From an uncultured Chthonomonadaceae bacterium (GTDB taxonomy: Bacteria; Armatimonadota; Chthonomonadetes; Chthonomonadales; Chthonomonadaceae): a stretch of 64,000 nucleotides of DNA. Shown here one piece after another: positions 54,960 through 64,000 of this stretch; position 1 is the stretch's first letter; each line of letters begins with the position of its first letter. A program made the position numbers and the translations under genes. The notes beneath the pieces are model-generated. The model searched no databases. It was given only the letters and a program-made list of their open reading frames with translations, and was not told the origin of the DNA. The DNA lies in assembly GCA_963817895.1 (NCBI GenBank), contig CAWFQB010000001.1, forward strand, positions 352,001 through 416,000, read 5' to 3'.

Positions 54960-56418
54960 TTAGAACGAGCGGGACACGTCCACGAAGATGCGATCCGTGC
55001 CGTTGGTTTTGGTGGGCGCCCCCTCGAAGCTGTGATACGCGATGCGCAGCAGCGTATTCGACAGGAAGCGGTACGCGAAACCGAGCTGATAGCCCCGGTA
55101 GTCCGTACCCGCGCCCAGATCGGAATCGGCAAAGGTTGCCAGCGTAGCGTCGGGAGCCACGTCGCGATAGGTGAACCAGGCCGTATACGCGCCCTTCGCC
55201 GTGCCGCCTTTGGTCGCGCCGACAGTTACGCCATAACCCTCATTGCCCACCCTCGCGGAGAAGTTGCGCAGGTAGTCCGCTGTGACAAACGGCTGCAGCG
55301 TTGTTCCCTTGATGTGGGGCAGCAGTTGCCCGGTCAGATGCAGGATGTCGAACGTGTTGCCGGCGAATCCGAAGGCCGTACCGTATGTATAGTGGTTGTT
55401 CGTGGCCTGTACGCCGTTGTTGCGCAGCAGAAAAGCGTTTTGCGGAGTTGACGTGTCAATGCCGAAGCCGGGAATATAGGTCGGAATCAGCAGGCCGGAG
55501 TTCAGGTTATCGTAGACCGTATAGTTGATGGCTCCACGAAATACGCCCGCGTCCACTTTCAACTGGTTGACAATGGCGTAGGTGTCCGTTGTCAGGCCGG
55601 CAAAGCGCTGTCGCTGCGGAATGTTGATGGTGAAGAAGGCGGGGGTATACACCAGGCCGATTTTGGAGTTGCCTTTCGTAAGCGGAAGCCGCAGCGCGAT
55701 GCCTTCAGGGGATACATCGTGATCCCATTCGATTTCATCGTCCCAGTTGCCGATTTCCGCGCGCCACAGGGGGTTGTCCATTTTGCCGACCGTAAGGACA
55801 GGCGTGCTGGCTTTGGCCTTGTCGCCGAAATAGTAGTTCAAAAAGGCGCGTCCCAGATTGAACGTTTTGCTGCGGAATGCATCGCCGAGCGCGACAAACG
55901 GCACACCGGGATTTGGATTGAGTCCCGTAGTGATCTGGAAGCCGCCTTCGGAGCGCTCACTGAGGGGAGCGCCGAAGTTCAGGCGTACCCGTTCGCGGAA
56001 CGAACCCTGATCGCCGACGGGAATCAGCCCGGTTTGCAGGCTTCGGGTTGTAGTGTTGTCGTAACGAAAGGTGATGTCGCCGCCGATAATCACGGGAGGC
56101 TTGTTGGCCGGGGGCGGCGCGGTCTGCCGATCCGGGCGCACCACCTGCGGGCCGGTCGCGTTCGGATTGGGGCCATTCGGCCCCGGGTTGGGCTGCGTTG
56201 TGCCGGGCTGTTTGGTATTCAGCGCGCTTTGCAGGTCTTTGATGGTTTTTTTGTCGACGGCCTGTTCATCTTTGAGCCGCTGTTGTTCTTTGAGCAGCGC
56301 CTGTACCTGCTCCTCTAATTTCTTTCAGTCGGTCGCCGTCGCTGTCCTGGGCGTGGGCTGCGCCCCCGACAAAAAGTAGTCCGGCGAGACCCAATAGGGC
56401 AATCCGGCTCTGTTTCAT
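54960..56418 (-). CDS. Putative outer-membrane porin with N-terminal coiled coil; frameshift near 56320
   Basis: Signal peptide AHAQD; GDITFRY, RERVRL, GKMDNP, WDHDVSPEG, amphipathic strands, terminal F. Confidence 0.75.
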
Positions 56419-56671
56419 GCGCATTCTCCTTGATGTGGGGTGTCCGTCTGGTATGGCGTCATTGCGCCTGCGGACTTGCTGTTTCGCGTGCGGAAAAGAA
56501 AAGGGGTGGTACGGGTTTGCGCTACGGGGCGCGTGAAACACTGGTAAATATTATAACCAATCTTTACGCATTTGTCACCTGTTGAACGGGGTACAAACAG
56601 ACAATTCTTTTATTTTTTATCCCCGGCGTTGATTTCTTTTCAGAAACGGCCGGGAATATGACAAAAAACGC

Positions 56672-58135
56672 TTATACGGCTCTTGTGAGCGGGAGTTTGG
56701 ACGCGGTTTGCGTGAGGAACGCATCCACATTGTGGGCGGCTTCGCGCCCTTCAGCGATAGCCCACACGATGAGCGATTGCCCTCGCCGCATATCTCCACA
56801 GGCATATACGCCGGTGACGCTGGAAGCATAGTTCCGGTCGGTCTTCACATTGTCCCGCTTATCGAATTCCACGCCCAGATCGGCCAGCAGACCCTCCTGT
56901 TGCGGATGTACAAAGCCAAGCGCGAGCAGCACCATGTCGGCGTCCATCGCGAACTCGGAATCGGGAACCGGTTGCATTTTGCGCTTGCCTTGCGCGTCGG
57001 GCAGGCTCCATTCCACCCGAACGCCATGCAGATGGGTAACTTTGCCGTTTTCGCCGCTGAAGTGGGTTGGTATTGATGCTCCAGTCCCGCTTGCCGCCCT
57101 CCTCATGCGCGGCGGACGTGCGCATAATCATCGGGTAGTGCGGCCAGGGCATGGTTTCGTCGCGCTCATTCGGCGGTTTGGGCATGATTTCGAACTGATA
57201 CACTTCGGTTGCGCCCTGCCGGATTACGGTTCCCAGGCAGTCCGCGCCCGTATCGCCGCCGCCCAGAATCACGACTTTTTTGCCTTCCGCCGTCAACTGC
57301 GGCCTGTCGTCCTGCCAGATTCCCGCCACCTGTTTGTTCTGCTGCGGCAGAAAGTCCATCGCGAAGTGGATGCCGTCGAGTTCGCGGCCCGTTACGCGGC
57401 AGGTCGCGCGGTTTGGTCGAACCGCCCGCCAGCACGATCGCGTCGAATTGCGCCTGCAGTTGCGCCGCCGTGATGTCCACGCCGACATTCAGCATGTACG
57501 CGAAAAGCAACGCCCTCCGCTTCCATCTGCTTCAAGCGGCGATCCAGCACCCATTTTTCCATTTTGAAGTCGGGAATACCGTAGCGCAATAGCCCGCCGA
57601 TTTTGTCGTCGCGCTCGAAAACCGTCACGGTATGGCCGGCCCGGTTCAATTGCTGCGCGGCGGCCAGTCCCGCCGGCCCGGAACCGACAACGGCGACGGT
57701 CTCTGCCCGTCCGCGAGGTCGGGCGGTTCCGGCGCGATCCAGCCCTCGGCCCAGCCGCGCATCGCAAGCGACTCTTCGATGCGCCGAATCGTCACCGGGT
57801 CCTGATTGATGCCCAGAACGCAGGCCGACTCGCAGGGCGCGGGGCACAGTTTGCCCGTAAATTCGGGGAAGTTGTTGGTGGCGTGCAGTTCGTCCAGCGC
57901 TTCGCGCCATTTGCCCCGGTACGTCAGGTCGTTCCAATCGGGAATGATGTTGCCGAGCGGGCAGCCCTGATGACAGAACGGAATGCCGCAGTCCATGCAG
58001 CGCGCGGCCTGCTTTTGGAGTTTGTCATCAGGAAACTCCTGATACAGTTCGATCCAGTCGTGCGTTGCGCTCCTCAATGGCGCGGCGCGACGGCAATTCG
58101 CGCCCGTATTTCAAAAATCCTCTTGGGTCTGCCAT
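56672..58135 (-). CDS. gltD: Glutamate synthase small subunit; multiple frameshifts
   Basis: [61 protein letters not shown]. Confidence 0.9.
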
Positions 58136-58221
58136 TCGCGTTTTTTCTCGTCCCCGTTCTTCTCGTTTCTGTTCTTCTCGTCCTCAATCGCGGATGCGCG
58201 GGATTGCGCCTGAACAGCCGA

Positions 58222-58872
58222 TTATTTCAAATTCGCAATCAGATCTTCCAGCGCCTTTTTGTTGCGTTCCGAGGCAAAGGGCTTGTCCGGGTCCGGCGGC
58301 GCGGCCCCGCCCCCGCCGCCCATCATGGCTACCGGAGCGGGACGGCCTCCACTCATCGGCGCGCCGCTACCCCCGCCCATTCCTCCACCGCCGCCGCCCT
58401 TTGCTCCGCCGCCCGCTCCTCCACCGCCGCCTCGCCCGCCGCGCTGTGGCGTTAAATCCGTGAGCATCTGCTGCTGATCGGCGGTCAGCGCTTTTTTCAC
58501 CGCGTCCAATTTGGCGGTGGCTTCAGCTTCGGGCAGGGTGTCGGCCTTCTGAATGGCTTCCATCAGGGGCAACAGTTGTTTTTTCTGCTCTGGCGTCAGG
58601 CCCTTGTTTTGCACTTTCTCCACCGTGTTCAGGCTGGATACCAGCCGGGTCAGATCACGGCCGGGATTAGGCGCGGCTGCGCCGCCTGCGCCGCCCGCTC
58701 CTCCGGGCGCTCCACCACCGCCGCCGGAGGATTTGCCCATCACCGCTGTTGAGGAAGCGGAAACAGGCTTCATTTGCATGTCGCGCGTAAAGTAGCCGAA
58801 CACGCCGCCCAGCATCAGGCAAATCAGGCCGGAGGCGACGGACGCAGGCACGTTGGGACCTTTTTTAACCAC
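58222..58872 (-). CDS. Gly-rich membrane-anchored hypothetical protein
   Basis: N-terminal TM; LTPEQ/LTADQ helices; own TTGACA-N17-TATACT promoter at 58929-58957. Confidence 0.7.
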   Translation of the reverse strand: MVKKGPNVPASVASGLICLMLGGVFGYFTRDMQMKPVSASSTAVMGKSSGGGGGAPGGAGGAGGAAAPNPGRDLTRLVSSLNTVEKVQNKGLTPEQKKQLLPLMEAIQKADTLPEAEATAKLDAVKKALTADQQQMLTDLTPQRGGRGGGGGAGGGAKGGGGGGMGGGSGAPMSGGRPAPVAMMGGGGGAAPPDPDKPFASERNKKALEDLIANLK

Positions 58873-59025
58873 GATCTTGCTCCTTTGAACTACAGAAAAA
58901 CAGTGTTGAACCCTGAATCAGTTGCGAGAGTATAGCCGACTGTGGCAAGCCTGTCAAGAGCAGGATTGTTCAGGCGTATATGAACGAAGGTCTAACAGGC
59001 GCGGCAGGGCGCAGAATTGGCGGTA

Positions 59026-59796
59026 TCACAAAGGATTTTGATTGAGCCACTCCCGCGCGAGTGGCTGAAGTGCTGGCAGGCGGTCGGCAAATAGCTGCTT
59101 GCGCTGCGCGTTGCCGGGTCCGGCGGACGGGTGCGGCAGACTGAGAACGAGGCGATTGTGGGCGCGCAATTCGTTTGCAAGCAGGGTTTGCAGCGCGTCC
59201 GACACGCTGCGCCCCAACAGCAGTATCAGCGCCGCGCCGATGTGTGCCAGTTCTTCTTTCAGCGTGGTTTCGATATAGTGGCGCAGGACGGGCGTTTTCA
59301 GCATGTCCGGCGCGTAACCCGAATAGTTGCCACCGTTTACGAAAACCGGGTAGCGAACGGCGGCGGACGAGTGCAGCAGATGCGTATGCGTGTCGAACAG
59401 GGCCGCGCCGGATGGCGATACCAACCGCCTCGGGCACGTTTAAGGCGTCCAGCATGGCGATGAGATTGACGCGGGTTTGCCCCACCCATTGCGCCCGCCG
59501 TTTCGCTCGTTCCTGCGCTTCGTCATGCTTCATTCCCGCCCGCAAACAGTCGCGCGGCTTCCTGATACGCGAGCTGCATGGGCGCGAAACCGGGACAGAT
59601 GCCAATGCAGAACCACTTTGGCGTGCGCGTTCACCACGTCAATGGGCGAGTAGTAGATTTCCAGCAGCCCCGCCCGCGTGGTTTCCTGATGCAGCCGGAA
59701 TTGCGGCAGCAGCAGATCGGCTTTCGTGAGCGGCGCATGATTGGGCAGCGCGGCAATGGCGGGCGCAAACTGTTCAAAACGGGTGCCGAGTATCAT
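59026..59796 (-). CDS. Uracil-DNA-glycosylase-like fold protein; frameshifted
   Basis: IYYSPIDVVNAHAKVVL, VRYPVFVNGGNYSG, LILLLG, LPHPS. Confidence 0.6.
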
Positions 59797-59805
59797 AAGG
59801 TTGCT

Positions 59806-60543
59806 TCACGCCGCGCCGCCATGCTGCTCCCGCGGAATATCAAAGGCTTGCCGCGCGAGTTCCGCCAGCGTTCGCATGTCCGGCACTTCCATATCGGGCT
59901 GCGCATTGGCGGGCGGAGTTGCGCCCGCGCCGGTTTTGCCCTGCCGCCGATTGATCCACACGGTTGCAATACCGAGCGAACGGGCGGGCGCAATGTCGTG
60001 GTACAAACTTTGAGCGACGTGCAAGACCTGCTCTTTCGGGACGCCGACATGGGCCAGCATGTACTCAAAATTGCGCGGGGACGGCTTGTAACTGCCAATC
60101 TGTTCCGCCGTCATCACTTTATCAAATGGAACCTGCAACTGCGCGGCGGTAATCGCAAACAGGTCATCATCCACATTGGTCAGCGGCATGAGTTGGTAAT
60201 GCCGATGCAGCGAACGAAGCGCGTCAACCGTATCCGCAAACGGCCTCCAACCGTCAAAGGTATCCACCAAAACATTCAGGTCGGGGTGAGCATCAAACCC
60301 GAACTCCGCGCCGAACTGTTCCACAACGTCGCGCAGCACATCTTTGTACTTCCGATACGCCCCGGCCTCAATCCGCGCCTCATAGCGCCCGTAACGTTCC
60401 AGAATCTCCTCGTCCGCCCGCGTCACGCTATGCCGTTCCAGCAGGGGCCGTAGTCCTGCCAAAATGCCCGCTTCCCAATCCACCAGCGTTCCATAACAGT
60501 CGAACGTCAGCACCTTGAATTGTCGCAGGTTCAGTGTTGTCAA
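59806..60543 (-). CDS. Haloacid dehalogenase type II (HAD)
   Basis: LTFDCYGTLVDWE, LTNVD, IGSYKP, HVAQSLYHD. Confidence 0.9.
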   Translation of the reverse strand: MTTLNLRQFKVLTFDCYGTLVDWEAGILAGLRPLLERHSVTRADEEILERYGRYEARIEAGAYRKYKDVLRDVVEQFGAEFGFDAHPDLNVLVDTFDGWRPFADTVDALRSLHRHYQLMPLTNVDDDLFAITAAQLQVPFDKVMTAEQIGSYKPSPRNFEYMLAHVGVPKEQVLHVAQSLYHDIAPARSLGIATVWINRRQGKTGAGATPPANAQPDMEVPDMRTLAELARQAFDIPREQHGGAA

Positions 60544-60561
60544 TTCTGTCTCGTAGACGAA

Positions 60562-63500
60562 TTATTTGACGCCGGCAGGCATCTGGTCGGCTACGTCTTC
60601 CTTGCCGCCCGCTTTGGCGGCGGCGAGTTCCTGCTGTATCTGGCGGTATTCGAGGGATACCACTTTGACGAATTGCGCCTGCGTTTCGGGCCAGTTTTGC
60701 AGCAGGGACGCGCCCCGGTCGCTGCGGGTGTACTGGACGTGCCGCTCGATCAGGGTTTTCAGTTCGGCTGTGTCGGCCTCGTCCGTGACGGCTTCGAGGG
60801 CGGTTTTGCCGCCGTTGCGGTTGCAGCGGGCGGGGAAGCGGCCTTCGGGATCCCACACATAGGCCACGCCGCCGCTCATGCCCGCCGCGAAGTTGCGCCC
60901 GACATTGCCCAGCACGACAACGGTTCCGCCTGTCATGTACTCGCAGCCGTGATCGCCCGCGCCCTCCACAACCGCAGTCGCGCCGCTGTTACGAACCGCG
61001 AACCGTTCACCCACCACGCCGCGCAAAAACACTTCGCCACTGGTTGCGCCGTACAAAAGCGTATTTCCGGCAATGATGTTCTCGGCGGGGTCGAAGGGCG
61101 ATTGGCGCGGCGGGTACACGATGATGCGTCCGCCCGATATGCCCTTGCCTAAGTAGTCGTTGGAGTCGCCTTCCAGTGTCATAGTAATGCCGCGCGCCAG
61201 AAACGCGCCGAACGATTGCCCCGCGCTGCCCGTAAATTTAAGGCGAATCGTGTCTTCCGGCAGGCCCTCCTCGCCGTATTTCAGCGCGATACGTCCCGAC
61301 AGCATGGTTCCCACGGTGCGGTTCCGGTTGTAAATGGGCAGTTCCGCCGCGACGGGAATCCCTCTGTCTACCGCGCCCTGCGAAAGCGCGATCAGATGGT
61401 AGTCCAGCGCGTCGTCAAGCCCATGATCCTGATGCTTGGCCCACGCCTGCGCGTGTTTGTCCGAACCTTCGGGCTGCGTCAGAATGGGCGTCAAGTCCAA
61501 GCCTGCCGCTTTCCAATGCTCAATGGCGCAGGTGGCGTCCAGCATGTCTATGCGGCCTACCATCTCGGCAACCGAGTTGAAACCCAGTTCGGCCATGATC
61601 TCGCGCAATTCTTCGGCCACAAAGAAGAAGTAGTTGATAACGTGTTCCGGCTGGCCCGTAAACCGCTGGCGAAGCGTTGGGTCTTGCGTCGCGATGCCGA
61701 CGGGACAGGTTCCCAGATGGCATACGCGCATCATAATGCAGCCCATCGCGACAAGCGGCGCGCTGGAAAAACCGAACTCTTCCGCGCCGAGCAGGGCGGC
61801 AATCGCCACATCGCGCCCGGTCTTCAGTTGTCCGTCCGTTTGCAGGACGACGCGCCCGCGCAGGTCGTTTTTCACCAGCGTTTGCTGCGTTTCCGCCAGT
61901 CCCATTTCCCACGGAATGCCCGCGTGTTTGATGCTGGAAACGGGCGACGCGCCCGTACCGCCGTCGTAGCCGCTGATGAGGATATGGTCGGCATGGGCTT
62001 TGGACACGCCTGCGGCAACCGTGCCGACGCCCACTTCCGCCACCAGTTTCACCGAAATACGCGCGGCAGGATTGACGTTTTTCAGGTCGAAAATCAACTG
62101 CGCGAGGTCTTCAATGGAATAGATGTCGTGGTGCGGCGGCGGGGAAATAAGGGTTACGCCGGGCGTGGTATGCCGAACGCCCGCGATATAAGCGTCCACT
62201 TTGGTTCCGGGCAGTTCGCCGCCCTCGCCGGGTTTGGCGCCCTGCGCCATTTTGATCTGCAGTTCGTCGGCATTGACCAGATAATGCGCGGTGACGCCGA
62301 ACCGCGCGGACGCGACCTGTTTGATGGCGCTGCGCCGGTTGTCGCCGTTCGCGTCGGGTTTGTAGCGAGACGGGTCTTCGCCGCCCTCGCCCGTGTTGCT
62401 TTTGCCGCCCATCCAGTTCATGGCAATGGCAAGGGTTTCGTGCGCTTCGCGGCTGATGCTGCCAAGCGACATAGCCCCGGTCACAAATCGCTTCACAATC
62501 TCCCGCGCCGGTTCCACTTCCGCAATCGGGATCGGCGTCCCCGCCTTGAAATGCAGCAAACTCCGCAGGGTCGCCAGCGCCTCACTCGTATCGTTGACGT
62601 GCCTGCTGAACTCTTTGAAGTCTTTAAATCCCGGGTGTTCGGTGTTCGGTGTTCGGTGTTCGGTATCTGTCTCCTTTTCTCCTTTTATCCTTGTATCCTT
62701 GTCTCCTTGTCTCACTGCCTGCTGCAATTTCGCCACCGTATCCGGGTTGTAGGCGTGGTGTTCGCCGAAACGCCGCCACTGGTACTGCCCGCCCGGATCG
62801 AGGTCAATGCTGCCTTTGATGTCCATTTTCGGATAGGCGTACTCGTGGCGCGACAGGGCTTCGCGCTGAATGATGTCCAGTCCGATGCCGCCCAATCGGG
62901 AGGGCGTACCCGTAAAGTAATCGCTCTGACCAGTTCTTTATCCAGACCGATGGCCTCGAATATTTGCGCGCCCCGGTAGCTTTGCAGCGTGGAGATGCCC
63001 ATTTTGGCGAACGTTTTCAGCAGGCCCTTGTTGACGGCCTTGATGAAGTTGACGCTGGCTTTGTCTACCGTAATTTCGGGCGGGAACATCTTGTCGCGCC
63101 CCATGCTGTCGAGGGTTTCCAGCGCGAGATAGGGGTTGATGGCGGACGCGCCGTAGCCGATGAGCAGGGCAAAGTGCATCACTTCCCGCGCTTCGCCGGA
63201 CTCGACGATGATGCCGACGCAGGTTCGGGTTCCTTCCCGAACGAGATGATGATGCACCGCGCTTGTCGCCAACAGGCTTGGAATGGGCGCGGTATGCTCG
63301 TCCACGCCCCGGTCGGACAAAATCAGGAAGCTGTAGCCGTCCTTTACCGCCTGCGACGCGGACGCGCACAGGTTTTCGACCGCTGTTTGCAGGGCGTCGG
63401 GACCGTCCTCCACGTCGAACCACGTCGGCAGGGTTTTGGCGTTGAACTCGCCCGTGCGAACCGCCCGCAGTTTTTCCAGCTCGAAATTGTGCAGGATGGG

Positions 63501-64000
63501 CGATTCCAGTTTGAGCATGTTGGCGTGTTGGGGCGTGGCGTCGAGCAGGTTGCCGTCGCTGCCAATAAAGTCCACAAGCGACATTACCAACTCTTCGCGG
63601 ATGGGGTCAATAGGCGGGTTCGTCACCTGCGCGAAGAGCTGCTTGAAATAGTTGTACAGCAGTTGCGGGCGGCGGGACAGGACGGCGATAGGGCGTGTCC
63701 GTCCCCATGCTGCCCAGCGGCTGTTCGCCATTGGTCGCCATCGGGTACAAAATCAGGCGAATGTCTTCCAGCGTGTAGCCGAACGCTTTCTGGCGCGTGA
63801 GCAGGGTTTTCTCGTCCGGCAGATGGATAATGGGCGGTTCGGGCAGGCTGTCAAGCGTGATACGGTTCGCGTCCAGCCACTCCTTATAAGGATGCTGTGT
63901 ACAGATTTCGCGCTTGATGTCTTCGTCATCCACAATGCCGCCGCGTTCGGGATCAATCAGGAACATGCGCCCCGGCTGCAATCGGCCTTTTTGCACGATG
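60562..64000 (-). CDS. gltB: Glutamate synthase large subunit; 5' truncated by the window, frameshifts near 62922 and 63690
   Basis: [72 protein letters not shown]. Confidence 0.95.

Overview
A GC-rich bacterial chromosomal segment, most likely from Armatimonadota. The assignment is inferred from a DUF1559 prepilin-like H-X9-DG protein, a DUF6785-type membrane protein and a Planctomycete-type DUF1549/1553-DUF1501-cytochrome c/WD40 cluster. Housekeeping content includes an OYE/nemA-like reductase, tRNA-Arg(CCG), tRNA-Thr(TGT), rpmB, a KimA-like transporter, nadC, birA, gltB and gltD. A tRNA-adjacent defence island carries a PLD-SNF2 helicase and a type IIG-like N6 methyltransferase fused to an AlbA_2 domain, broken by an IS3-family element. 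There is also a low-GC class III nucleotide cyclase and a porin/di-haem oxidoreductase/NDH-2 cluster. Many genes carry 1-2 bp frameshifts, probably long-read consensus errors. The most striking unexplained signal is a ~420-430 bp non-genic element present twice in inverted orientation (4642-5061 and 27136-27566). Both copies have a strong Shine-Dalgarno followed by an 8-codon micro-ORF encoding the identical peptide MPVYTRSP, differing only at synonymous positions, embedded in conserved hairpins and ending in a U-rich tail. A second pervasive signal is a family of 6-10-mer tandem repeats that form intergenic hairpins and are also translated in-frame inside otherwise ordinary enzymes.
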